The notes: a model not told the origin generated them from the sequence alone. DNA of 64,000 bases from a virus (IMGVR_UViG_3300045004_000088:1-64000); one strand, 5' to 3'; counted from the first letter of the stretch, positions 8,992 to 17,155 are shown. Numbers and translations: made by a program.

Positions 8992-9372
8992 CTACCTCTT
9001 TTTGGCGACCTTCTTGACTGAGTTGGTCGGCTTCTTCCTCGCCTTCGCGTTCTTGGGCGAGCCGTCCAGTTCGTTGATTGTAGGCCCGACGAGCCGCTTC
9101 TTGATCTCTTCTCGCCACCAATTGGCGATTTGTTCGTCGTGTTCGCTGCCGTCTCCCTCGAACCCGAACCGCACGAGGGAATCGTTGCCGATACCGTACT
9201 CGGCCGCGAGGACGCGACAGGTTTTCTTTTTGGTGCGGGCGAGTTGGCCCATGATGCAGTTCTGGTTCGAGAACATCTTGATCTCGTCCGGCTTGATCTT
9301 CCCGGCCCAACCGGGCCAGTGATCGTCCAACAGGTTCGCGCCGGCTTGAACGTGCTTTTGTGTCGTCTTCAT
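8992..9372 (-). CDS. hypothetical basic protein (126 aa)
   Basis: ATG at 9372 with AAGGTG RBS; the track start is a TTG. Confidence 0.5.
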   Translation of the reverse strand: MKTTQKHVQAGANLLDDHWPGWAGKIKPDEIKMFSNQNCIMGQLARTKKKTCRVLAAEYGIGNDSLVRFGFEGDGSEHDEQIANWWREEIKKRLVGPTINELDGSPKNAKARKKPTNSVKKVAKKR

Positions 9373-9389
9373 GAGGCACCTTTGAGTTA

Positions 9390-9420
9390 GGGACACCGGC
9401 AGTATAGACGCCGGTGTCCC
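9390..9420. promoter_or_regulatory. hairpin GGGACACCGGC-agtatagac-GCCGGTGTCCC whose loop is the minus-strand motif GTCTATACTG, about 28 nt upstream of the 9372 start
   Basis: Read directly; the motif recurs at 20292 and 29912. Confidence 0.45.
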
Positions 9421-9428
9421 TTCGGGAT

Positions 9429-9929
9429 TCAAGAACCACTTTCCGGTTGGGCTTCGGCCGCTTGTTTGGCCTTAAAGATCTCTTCATCGGACTTGTTGAA
9501 CTGACCGAGCCAGTCTTCCAGAACGTGCTTCCAGTCAACGTCCCTGTTGCAGACGACGCGGATACCGAGGAGCAGCTTTTCGAGAATCTCGATGGTGTCT
9601 TTGACTGCCGCCATCTCCGAGTTCTCGTTCATGGCCCCTTCAGCCATTACCCCGGAATTTTCGAGTTTGGCGACGTGGTGCTTGGCGGCGTTGAGTTCGG
9701 TCTGGAGATAGGCTTCGGCCTTGCCGAGCATGAACTCCATACGCATTCCGGCCCATCGGAAGCGGCGCGACTCCCGCTTGGCTTCGGAAAGTGCGAATTC
9801 GAGTTCCCCTTTCTTGTGGCCGAGTTCGGTTTGCCAGCGGCGGAACTCATCGACGTTTGCGAAGCCGAGTCCCTTCGCGACTTCTTCTTCGCTGACGATC
9901 TCGCCGTGCATTTTGCCTGCTTTGGACAT
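9429..9929 (-). CDS. hypothetical protein (166 aa)
   Basis: In-frame ATG at 9929; the track's N-terminal extension was rejected. Confidence 0.55.
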   Translation of the reverse strand: MSKAGKMHGEIVSEEEVAKGLGFANVDEFRRWQTELGHKKGELEFALSEAKRESRRFRWAGMRMEFMLGKAEAYLQTELNAAKHHVAKLENSGVMAEGAMNENSEMAAVKDTIEILEKLLLGIRVVCNRDVDWKHVLEDWLGQFNKSDEEIFKAKQAAEAQPESGS

Positions 9930-9933
9930 GACG

Positions 9934-9977
9934 ATCCCCCGTAAGTTGGCTCCATTGTAAGCCAACTTACGGGGGAT
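9934..9977. terminator. strong hairpin with 17-bp perfect stem ATCCCCCGTAAGTTGGC and 10-nt loop, followed on the plus strand by a T-rich tract; lies between two minus-strand genes
   Basis: Read directly. Confidence 0.45.
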
Positions 9978-9984
9978 GTGAAGA

Positions 9985-10314
9985 TTACTTTTGTGTTGCT
10001 TTGACGTATTCGTTCCAAGATTCGGCGTCGGCCTCGCTCCAATCCGGCTCGTCCAACGTCCATTCCACCGGCTTGAGCAGGAAGACTTGGAAGTCGGACG
10101 GCTGAGTCTTCTCCAAGTCACAGGGGTCGTCGTAGCACGGCCTGAGATAGTAGGCGGGCCAGCCGGTGTCGTTGTACTCCTTGTTTCGCTCGTCCACGTT
10201 GTAGACGCGGCTGCCACGGTACTTGACGACGAAGAACCTGTTGGCCTCGACGTACTTCTTCAGCCGCGCGACCAGTTCATCGGTCCACATGATTCGCCTC
10301 ATTGGGGAAACCAC
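9985..10314 (-). CDS. hypothetical protein (109 aa; GTG at 10314 or ATG at 10302)
   Basis: ORF track; start codon ambiguous. Confidence 0.5.
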   Translation of the reverse strand: MVSPMRRIMWTDELVARLKKYVEANRFFVVKYRGSRVYNVDERNKEYNDTGWPAYYLRPCYDDPCDLEKTQPSDFQVFLLKPVEWTLDEPDWSEADAESWNEYVKATQK

Positions 10315-10331
10315 ATGCCCCCAATATAGAC

Positions 10332-10508
10332 CTATTCCTCGTCCTTCAGCACTTCTTCGGCGAGTTTTTGGAGGCTTTTGTCGATGTCAACCGCGTGCGA
10401 GCTACAGTCGTACTTGCACTCGGAACACTCGCACCAGTGAAAATTGCCGAAGTTGAGGATGCGGTCTTTGAGTTCTTCGATTTGTTCGGGCGTCAGATTG
10501 AGTTTCAT
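10332..10508 (-). CDS. small Cys-rich protein (58 aa; CECSECKYDCSSH)
   Basis: ATG at 10508 overlaps the upstream stop (ATGA); the track's long N-terminal extension was rejected. Confidence 0.45.
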   Translation of the reverse strand: MKLNLTPEQIEELKDRILNFGNFHWCECSECKYDCSSHAVDIDKSLQKLAEEVLKDEE

Positions 10509-10969
10509 TGTTGTTTCCAGAGTGAGAACCAGTCTTTGTCTTCGTCCGTGTTGGTATCGTACAGACACAGTTCGACCACTTGTCCGAGCCACTTCTGGCG
10601 GAAGGGCAGGTAAAGGGCGTGGTCGTAGACCCGTTCGGTTCCCATCAGTTCCGTCTTCTTCTGATTGCGGCTGATGGGGTAAGTGTTGGTCTTCGTCTCG
10701 AAGTGGCTCTCCATGTAGAGGCTTTGCTCGACGTAGTGTTCGTAGGTCGGGCATTCGATTTTTGTGCGAACGACGCCGGGCAGAGTCGCGGCCAGTTCGA
10801 GTGTCTTGGCGAGACACTCTTGGTAGCCGCTACACTTAATGACTTGCGAAGTCATGTGTTCGATGCGGAGCAGCGTGAAGTCCGGCTTGAGCAACTCGAC
10901 GGTAATGGTTTTAAGGCCCAAGTTGTGAATGCGTTCGTCCCCGGCGATGTGGACCTCGAAGATTTCCAT
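10505..10969 (-). CDS. hypothetical protein (154 aa)
   Basis: ATG at 10969 with GAGG RBS. Confidence 0.55.
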   Translation of the reverse strand: MEIFEVHIAGDERIHNLGLKTITVELLKPDFTLLRIEHMTSQVIKCSGYQECLAKTLELAATLPGVVRTKIECPTYEHYVEQSLYMESHFETKTNTYPISRNQKKTELMGTERVYDHALYLPFRQKWLGQVVELCLYDTNTDEDKDWFSLWKQQ

Positions 10970-10970
10970 G

Positions 10971-11177
10971 TTAGCCTCGGCGATACTTGTTCTTGTTGTT
11001 GGGGCTGTTACGGCCGACATGGTAAGTACCGCACCAGCCGCAGAAATAGACGTGGCCCTTGTAAGAAGGATCGAGTCGAAGGAGGCTGCGGAGTTGTGCT
11101 TCCGCAGCCCCTTCCGAGTGACAGTGTTTGCCGGTGTGACGACACCGTTTCACAGCCTCTCTCCCGTTCCGTTGCAT
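10971..11177 (-). CDS. small Cys/His-rich putative zinc-binding protein (68 aa), paralog of the 11610-11984 gene
   Basis: ATG; motif CxxxGKxxH[ST]E...GHV..C..CG..HVGR is shared with the downstream paralog. Confidence 0.5.
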   Translation of the reverse strand: MQRNGREAVKRCRHTGKHCHSEGAAEAQLRSLLRLDPSYKGHVYFCGWCGTYHVGRNSPNNKNKYRRG

Positions 11178-11779
11178 TCACCGCACTTCGGGGAACCCCA
11201 CGGGTGCGCGGGCGAGCCGACGCCGCTGCCGTCGCACGCCGAACACACGGTCAGTTGGAACTTGCCGACGAGGTTGGCGAACACTTGGAGGTGATCGACC
11301 AGTTCGTCTTCTGGCATCTTGTCGAGGTCTTTACCGCCGGTCCTGCGAATGCTCGTGTGCGCCACGTCGGGCGGGAACGGGGCGGCGTTGAGCATGACCG
11401 TGTACGTCGTGGTGAGCGGGACCACCGAGTGCCACGTCAGCGGGTTGACGATCTCGTAGGCCGAGTGTTCCCGCAGAATGAACTCGGCGACCTGTCCGGG
11501 CGATTCGTCGGTGCGATCCTTGCTGAAACCCACCTTCATCCGGTAGGCACCCTGAAGGATGATGAAGGCACCGGGCCACGGGTGCGGGTGTGCGAACGCT
11601 TCGTGCGTGTCACACGGGTTGAACTTGTGGAGACAGATCCGATCCCCATTCTCCAGAGTCGTGAAGACCCGGTAAGTGTGGGGTTTCCGGCGGTTGACAA
11701 TCAAGCTGTCCCACTTGCTCCGGTCCTTCAGTAAGGCCGGTAATGTAGATCGTAATGCGTGATCGAGTGAGTCTAACAC
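11150..11779 (-). CDS. cupin-like protein with C-terminal DnaJ-type zinc finger (CSACDGSGVG / CGECNGTGE); GTG start
   Basis: HPHPW cupin-like segment and two CxxCxGxG repeats read directly. Confidence 0.5.
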   Translation of the reverse strand: MLDSLDHALRSTLPALLKDRSKWDSLIVNRRKPHTYRVFTTLENGDRICLHKFNPCDTHEAFAHPHPWPGAFIILQGAYRMKVGFSKDRTDESPGQVAEFILREHSAYEIVNPLTWHSVVPLTTTYTVMLNAAPFPPDVAHTSIRRTGGKDLDKMPEDELVDHLQVFANLVGKFQLTVCSACDGSGVGSPAHPWGSPKCGECNGTGERL

Positions 11780-11984
11780 GTTTCTTCCTCTCCTTCTTCT
11801 TCATGAGTTTGTTGCGAACGGTACGCCGGCCCAGTCGTCCGACGTGAAAGAATCCGCAGAATGCACAGACGCAAACGTGTCCGTTATACCCCTTAGCGCG
11901 TTTCAGAGAACTCAGTGCTTGCCGTGCTTGGTTTTCAGAGGTATGAGACACTTTCCCGTTTTCGGTACAGTATCTCTCCTGCAT
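11610..11984 (-). CDS. Cys/His-rich small-protein paralog with basic tail; its 3' 170 nt overlaps the cupin gene out of frame
   Basis: ATG at 11984 with GAGGTG RBS; N-terminal 50 aa align to the 10971-11177 protein. Confidence 0.45.
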   Translation of the reverse strand: MQERYCTENGKVSHTSENQARQALSSLKRAKGYNGHVCVCAFCGFFHVGRLGRRTVRNKLMKKKERKKRVRLTRSRITIYITGLTEGPEQVGQLDCQPPETPHLPGLHDSGEWGSDLSPQVQPV

Positions 11985-12013
11985 GTGGCACCTCGGTCAA
12001 ATTGACTCCTCGG

Positions 12014-13201
12014 TTAAGTGACACCCAGTATCCTTTTGGCTTCGTACCAGTCGCCCTCGTTATCCCCGGCCAGACCTTCGCGAACCCGCTTCTCGTAAAG
12101 CTGGTGTGCCATCTTCGCGATTTCTGCGGTCCTGTCGGCTTGGCCAAGATTCGATTTGGCTTCGTCCAGAGACAGTCCTTGTTCGTGGAACTCTTTGAGC
12201 CGGAAGATCTGGTCGAGGTTCAACCCCTCACTGCTCTCGGCCCATTGCTTCGGCAACAATTTCATCCGCGTTTGCAGATCGGGACACTTGAACTCACGGA
12301 CGAACTTGAAGCGGCTCGGACGGTTTTTGAGCGCGTGATCGACTTTCGTTATGTCGTTAACGGTCATCACGAAAAAACAGTTCTCGTAGGTATTGTAGAC
12401 CCCGTCCAGCCCATTGAGAATCTGATCAAACGTGAACTTGATGCTGTGGTTCTCGGTTCCGAGGATGCACCGCCGGCCGTCGAAGTAGTTGTCGAAGTCC
12501 TCGAACAGTACGATGCACCGGCTGCTGATCTGGCTAAAAATCCCCATCACATCGAAGTTACTGAAGTCCGGTGTGAACGTGATAATCTTGATCGGCACCC
12601 GGTACTTGGTCGCCAGATACTTGATGAAGAACGTCTTGTTGTTACCGGGCGGGCCGTAGATCAACGCGCCACTCTTCTGCTTCTTCCCAGAGAACACTTC
12701 GGCCGCATCCTTCTCGATGTCTTCCCACAGTTGCGGGTCCAGAGCGGGCTGCGGGGGCGTCCCTTTGATGAGGCCGATCATGTCCGTGTAGTTGGGCATG
12801 ATGACTTCGGCCGGGACGCCCAGACTGTTCATCTGGATCTCTTTGATCTTGAAGTCGAGGTACTGTTTGACGCGGGCGGCACGCCAACGTAAACAGGTCA
12901 GATGCGTCACGCTGTCCTTGCCGTGCCACCCCGCCGTCAGCAACCGTTCGCCGTGGTTGAGGTAGAACCACGGGCAGCCCTCGAAGAAGCAGAGGGCGCG
13001 GAACTCGACGGGGTACTTAGCTTCGGTGATGAACTCTTCGCTGATGATGAACTTCCGGTGGCCCGGTCGTTTGGAGATCTCGTACAGCGTCTTGAACGTG
13101 CGGGCGTCGAGACGGATCGTTATTGATCCGGCGTAGCGGAACAGCACCCACACGCTCGCGAGGACGCCGAGGATTGCACCGAGCCAGCCGAGCCAGTTCA
13201 T
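12014..13201 (-). CDS. membrane-anchored AAA+ ATPase (N-terminal TM; Walker A GPPGNNKT; Walker B VLFEDFD)
   Basis: Motifs read directly; ATG with GGAGA RBS. Confidence 0.75.
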   Translation of the reverse strand: MNWLGWLGAILGVLASVWVLFRYAGSITIRLDARTFKTLYEISKRPGHRKFIISEEFITEAKYPVEFRALCFFEGCPWFYLNHGERLLTAGWHGKDSVTHLTCLRWRAARVKQYLDFKIKEIQMNSLGVPAEVIMPNYTDMIGLIKGTPPQPALDPQLWEDIEKDAAEVFSGKKQKSGALIYGPPGNNKTFFIKYLATKYRVPIKIITFTPDFSNFDVMGIFSQISSRCIVLFEDFDNYFDGRRCILGTENHSIKFTFDQILNGLDGVYNTYENCFFVMTVNDITKVDHALKNRPSRFKFVREFKCPDLQTRMKLLPKQWAESSEGLNLDQIFRLKEFHEQGLSLDEAKSNLGQADRTAEIAKMAHQLYEKRVREGLAGDNEGDWYEAKRILGVT

Positions 13202-13716
13202 TTCTTGTCTCCGTCAAAGGCTTTGAGGGCGGCTTCGTCCAGACAGTAGACGACGGTCGGATTCGGGTTGATCTCGACCTTCCAATTCGTCAGCTTCGGC
13301 GCACCTTCACAACGGTGGTTGTGGCTGATGATTACCATGCCGCCTTCGTGCCGGGTGTACTTGGTCTTCCCGCACTGAATCTCGCGAGCGATCTGGAGGC
13401 GTTGCGGAGTCGGCAGGAGTTCGACCGGGCAGCAGACCGTACAGAAATCCTTGCGATATTTGCCGTGCGGCAGTCGCGGATCGTTGAAAGCGACGGTCTT
13501 CGGGCCGAGGACCGCGACTTGGATCGGCCAAGTGATTTCCTTCTTTTCGAGAAGGTCTTCGATGTCTTCGTGGTAGAAGTTCACGACATCGGCGTAGCTG
13601 CCGTCCGCGAGCCTGACCGAGAAGCAGTTGTTGAAGCCGAGGAGGGTGCAGCTTTCGATGTTGACGGCTTCGGCCGTTTGGAAGTCGCAGCCTTCGGGGA
13701 CGAACTCTGTTCCCAT
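13198..13716 (-). CDS. hypothetical Cys-rich protein (172 aa)
   Basis: ATGA overlap with the AAA+ gene; GGAGA RBS. Confidence 0.55.
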   Translation of the reverse strand: MGTEFVPEGCDFQTAEAVNIESCTLLGFNNCFSVRLADGSYADVVNFYHEDIEDLLEKKEITWPIQVAVLGPKTVAFNDPRLPHGKYRKDFCTVCCPVELLPTPQRLQIAREIQCGKTKYTRHEGGMVIISHNHRCEGAPKLTNWKVEINPNPTVVYCLDEAALKAFDGDKK

Positions 13717-13736
13717 TTGTGTCTCCGGTTAAAGAA

Positions 13737-13773
13737 AATGCCAGCAGGCCAACCGAAGTCGCCTGCTGGCATT
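13737..13773 (-). terminator. intrinsic terminator: 13-bp stem AATGCCAGCAGGC, loop, GCCTGCTGGCATT, followed on the minus strand by TTCTTTAA
   Basis: Read directly; downstream of the 13908-14282 gene. Confidence 0.55.
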
Positions 13774-13907
13774 ACGGACGGGTGCGCACCCGCTACGGCA
13801 CCGCCTGCCGCCCGCTGACTTCCCCAAAGTGCCAACGATGCCCTACTTCGTCGGTTAAACCGCTTTTCGGGACAACATCCCACGCCAGCGAAATGGGACT
13901 AGGGGCT

Positions 13908-14282
13908 TCACTTGTCTTTCTTGTTCACCTTGATCGTGTCTTCCGGCGGCGAACCCGTCTTCATGTCTTTGGCCTGATCCAACCCACGGTAGTACCCGGC
14001 ATGCCAGAGTTGGTTGCCCTCGTACTCGTTCGGCTTCTGGCCGGTGATCACCGCGAGCATGCCTTCGATCTTGCCGTTCTGCCGCGCGAGTTCGAGAGTG
14101 TTCTCGGTCTGCCGCTGGTACATCGTCATGGTGAAGTCGTTCATCTGCTGCTGTTGCAGCTTGTCCTTCTGGTCGATCAGCAGGACCGCCTGTTGCAGCC
14201 GGTCGTTCTGGTGCCGCTGGTACAGGTTGTAGCCGACCGAACACAGAAGGATCGCGACCACTGCCCACGTCGTCTTGTTCAT
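13908..14282 (-). CDS. membrane-anchored coiled-coil protein with Gln-rich segment (124 aa)
   Basis: ATG at 14282 with AAGGA RBS; N-terminal hydrophobic segment; the track extension was rejected. Confidence 0.55.
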   Translation of the reverse strand: MNKTTWAVVAILLCSVGYNLYQRHQNDRLQQAVLLIDQKDKLQQQQMNDFTMTMYQRQTENTLELARQNGKIEGMLAVITGQKPNEYEGNQLWHAGYYRGLDQAKDMKTGSPPEDTIKVNKKDK

Positions 14283-14316
14283 GGCTTTTCCTTGAAAGGG
14301 GTGTATCGACAGCAAG

Positions 14317-14345
14317 ATACTACCGCTTTTCTTTATCTGCGTCAA
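14317..14345 (-). promoter_or_regulatory. sigma70-like promoter TTGACG-17 bp-TAGTAT (minus strand) upstream of the 14282 gene
   Basis: Hexamers and spacing read directly. Confidence 0.5.
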
Positions 14346-14938
14346 GCCTTCTTGGGCTGGCCGGTCTTCGGGTCGTAAACCGTCATCGCGTCCAGAACTT
14401 CGAGACGGTCTTCGGCCCGGAGCCGTTCGATCCATTCGATGGCGAACTGTGCGGGGGTCATGTCGTTCGCGCCGTGCATGTGGAGCATGTCGCGGTTCTC
14501 GTGCCAGTACCCCGCCATAAGCTGCGACGACGGTTCGGGGACGTACAGGTTGGTCTTCGCGACGTGGACGCCCGCGTGGATGTGTTCGATCCACAGGTTG
14601 AGGTCGCTGGCGTCTTCCGGCGCGATGATCTCGAAGTACAGCACCTTCAGTTTGTCGTAGCATCGTGGAATCTGTTGAATGACTTCAGCGATGGACGGCT
14701 TGAAGAAGCCCTGATAGCCGAAGGTGTGAACCGTCCACAGTCGGTCGAGAACGTAAAGGTCGCCCTTGTACGGTTTCTCTTTGGCGTCCCATGTGTACGA
14801 CTGGTTGAACAGGTCGGCCTTGTGTTCCAACAGGAACGCTTTGTTCCCCTTGAGTCTGATCGGTAGGAACTTCTTGGCTAGTTCCGTTACCTGTTCATCC
14901 GTAGTGGTGTGGGGAACCTTGAAGGGGGGCATTGACAT
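14342..14938 (-). CDS. hypothetical protein (198 aa)
   Basis: ATG at 14938 with GGAG RBS. Confidence 0.55.
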   Translation of the reverse strand: MSMPPFKVPHTTTDEQVTELAKKFLPIRLKGNKAFLLEHKADLFNQSYTWDAKEKPYKGDLYVLDRLWTVHTFGYQGFFKPSIAEVIQQIPRCYDKLKVLYFEIIAPEDASDLNLWIEHIHAGVHVAKTNLYVPEPSSQLMAGYWHENRDMLHMHGANDMTPAQFAIEWIERLRAEDRLEVLDAMTVYDPKTGQPKKA

Positions 14939-15230
14939 TGGAAACTCCGTCTTGGGGTTTGGGTTCTTCGGGCTTCTGACCACGGGGCCGGAACGGGGTC
15001 TTGCCGTCGTTATAGGCGTCGGCTTGGGCGAACGAACTCAATCCGGGCTGGAATTCGCACCGGAAGTTGAACAAGTGCGTTGTGCCTTGTGGAGCTTCTT
15101 TCTTGAGAAGCTCCATCATGTCTTTGACGGCGCGGATGGTAGCCGCCGTTGTCTCGAAGTCGTGCGAGATGACGACCATGCCGAGCGGTTTGAAGTCCGG
15201 GTTAACGCAGTTCTGGGTGACGACGATCAT
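14895..15230 (-). CDS. hypothetical protein (111 aa), overlaps downstream gene by 44 nt
   Basis: ORF track; ATG. Confidence 0.4.
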   Translation of the reverse strand: MIVVTQNCVNPDFKPLGMVVISHDFETTAATIRAVKDMMELLKKEAPQGTTHLFNFRCEFQPGLSSFAQADAYNDGKTPFRPRGQKPEEPKPQDGVSNVNAPLQGSPHHYG

Positions 15231-15757
15231 TTTGACGTTTCCTTTTTGAGTAGCCGCCGAACGCGGCTGATTTCTTTGTCCGAGTGTACCACGCCGCCCG
15301 CGTTGAAGTCAATGTACCACTGGAGAACGTCGGCCCGCGTCCGCAGATCGTTGACGTTGATCTTCATCGTGTTGACGAGGCGGATGCTGTCGGTGTACTC
15401 GCGGTAGTAGGAGCCGAACGCCTTGATCTCATTGTTGATGAACTTGCGGAACGCTTCGACCCGTTGCTTGCCGTCAACGATGACGAAATCGTTGTAGCCC
15501 TTCTCGTTGTTGAAGTGCCAGTTCGGGTTGTTGAGGTAAATGACGCGGCCGGTCTTGCCGCCGCGCAAGAAGAACTCAACGAACGCGACCCGCTGCTTGT
15601 CGGACCAGACGTGTCCCCTCTGGAAGTCGGGGTCCAAATCCAGACCTTGTTCAACGAAGTCGTTGATGGTGCTGATCAGGCTTTCCGGCGAGACATCGAC
15701 CTCGTAAGAGCCGTGCCGCACGAACTGCGGGATGTCGCGGAACTTCGTGATCTTCAT
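15227..15757 (-). CDS. DUF262 / ParB-like nuclease-fold protein (QRGHVW ... IVDGKQRVEA)
   Basis: DGQQR-type motif read directly; ATGA coupling to both neighbouring genes. Confidence 0.6.
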   Translation of the reverse strand: MKITKFRDIPQFVRHGSYEVDVSPESLISTINDFVEQGLDLDPDFQRGHVWSDKQRVAFVEFFLRGGKTGRVIYLNNPNWHFNNEKGYNDFVIVDGKQRVEAFRKFINNEIKAFGSYYREYTDSIRLVNTMKINVNDLRTRADVLQWYIDFNAGGVVHSDKEISRVRRLLKKETSK

Positions 15758-16770
15758 TTCACTTTACCTTCGGTGAACTGAATCGACTTTGCGACACTCC
15801 CGAACAGGACTTGGAGCGTCTTCTCGATTTCGTACTTGGAGTCCGTTTTGTCCAGCACAATACCAACAAACCCGGTTGCGGACAAGATGGGTTTGACCTC
15901 GGACTCTCTCATTGTAGACGCGAACGCCTCGGCCGCGAGGTGACCGTTTTTAGTCATGTGGGCAGCACATGACCAGATCTGATCGACCTCCTGCATGTTG
16001 CCGCTGAGAATGAAGACCGGACACGGACCCTTCCCCAATGTTTTATTCGCGTCACGTTTCACGAGCAAAAACTTGACGTGATTCGTCTGGGACGGCTTTC
16101 TTTCGTGGTCCTTGAGCTTCGGGAGCTTATCGAAGACGGAAACATCGGGAAGCTTCCCCGGCTCGTGGATGAAGTGGGCGAAGTCGCCGTAACTGAGTTC
16201 CCACTGGCCTTGTGTCGCCACCTCCCAGTTTTCGTAGGCGGCGCGAATCAGTTCCCCGACTTCTTGTTTCTTAATGCCGCGAACGGTGCCGATGTGGTGA
16301 ACGACCTCTTGGAAGTAATCGCTCTCTTCGGACTCGGCGATGTTGACGGCGCGGTAGCACCACTTGCAGACGACCACGACCTCTTTCAGCACAACGGTAC
16401 GGGTCGCGTAGTCGAGGTGCCAGATGTCGAGGCCGACTTCGGGGTTGGCGGTGCAGTAGAAGCACTCGTTGCCGTGACGGACGAGTGCTTCGTCCGTCAG
16501 GTTGGGCCAATACTTGCAGCAGCCCCTCTTGTTGAGGTGGTCGAGTCCTTTGCCGGCAGCGACGGAAGGAAGCACCAGAGGCGTCAGTGTGGGCTTGGAC
16601 ATGGCACGCTGGTCTTTCTCGAATTCACAGATCGGACAACCACAGACGTTCTTCTTGGTCGGGTTGAACATCGCGGAGCCGTTCTTCCGGGCGACGAAGA
16701 ACGGTCCTTGCTTCGCTGGTGTGGCGAGCGGCGGCAGAATGAACATCTTGCCGTCCGGCACCTTGAACAT
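15754..16770 (-). CDS. Cys-rich protein with HNH-like segment (CFYC...DIWHLD...CKWC), 338 aa
   Basis: Paired CxxC motifs flanking a His-containing segment; assignment tentative. Confidence 0.45.
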   Translation of the reverse strand: MFKVPDGKMFILPPLATPAKQGPFFVARKNGSAMFNPTKKNVCGCPICEFEKDQRAMSKPTLTPLVLPSVAAGKGLDHLNKRGCCKYWPNLTDEALVRHGNECFYCTANPEVGLDIWHLDYATRTVVLKEVVVVCKWCYRAVNIAESEESDYFQEVVHHIGTVRGIKKQEVGELIRAAYENWEVATQGQWELSYGDFAHFIHEPGKLPDVSVFDKLPKLKDHERKPSQTNHVKFLLVKRDANKTLGKGPCPVFILSGNMQEVDQIWSCAAHMTKNGHLAAEAFASTMRESEVKPILSATGFVGIVLDKTDSKYEIEKTLQVLFGSVAKSIQFTEGKVK

Positions 16771-16772
16771 GC

Positions 16773-17051
16773 TCACTTGTGGATGCCCTGAGTGGCCGAG
16801 ATAACTTCGAGGCCGAGGCCGATGAAGATGGTAAACACCCCGGCGCGTTCGATCACGGTGCCGACCAGATCGTGATGGCCGAGGTGTACGAAGTGTCTGA
16901 GGATCGGTTTCTGAGCTTTGTGGACGCTCTGTAGCTCGTTGCAAACCTTGAGGGCTTCTTCCAGTAGTTGCGGGGGTTCGAGCTTCTGCGCCACTCCGAT
17001 GCCGATCACTTCAACGTTGGGGGCATCTGGCTTGAACGGGAACGCGGTCAT
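16773..17051 (-). CDS. hypothetical protein (92 aa)
   Basis: ATG; downstream of a promoter/terminator pair. Confidence 0.45.
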   Translation of the reverse strand: MTAFPFKPDAPNVEVIGIGVAQKLEPPQLLEEALKVCNELQSVHKAQKPILRHFVHLGHHDLVGTVIERAGVFTIFIGLGLEVISATQGIHK

Positions 17052-17083
17052 TGGTTGTACCTTTGTGTTTGGTGTCAGGGACA

Positions 17084-17112
17084 GTTATAGATCGGCCAGA
17101 GCCACTTGTAAA
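17084..17112 (-). promoter_or_regulatory. sigma70-like promoter TTTACA-17 bp-TATAAC (minus strand)
   Basis: Read directly; 32 nt upstream of the 17051 ATG, immediately after the terminator. Confidence 0.5.
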
Positions 17113-17155
17113 GCAAGGCAAAACAAAAAGGCCCAGGTCGAATTCGACCTGGGCC
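17113..17155 (-). terminator. intrinsic terminator GGCCCAGGTCG-aatt-CGACCTGGGCC followed by TTTTTGTTTTG (minus strand), downstream of the 17175-17960 gene
   Basis: 11-bp stem and U-tract read directly. Confidence 0.7.

Noticed and set aside
8459-9538. 359-aa ORF and similar long N-terminal extensions of minus-strand ORFs (also 9429-10217, 10332-10817, 13908-14663, 15754-16944, 28575-29537)
   Set aside because: The N-terminal parts are Arg/Pro-rich, low-complexity translations of another gene's frame in GC-rich DNA. An internal ATG with an RBS gives a compact protein-like gene, so the short versions were used.
10505-10969. CYTH-domain guess from the N-terminal MEIFEVHIAGDE
   Set aside because: Only a vague resemblance to the ExExK start of CYTH. 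It is not supported by further motifs.
14342-14938. Metallophosphoesterase assignment (GDLYVLDR resembling GDxxDRG), also for 16773-17051 (GHHD)
   Set aside because: The spacing does not match the GDxxDRG/GNHE motif set and the other motifs are absent. Both were left as hypothetical.
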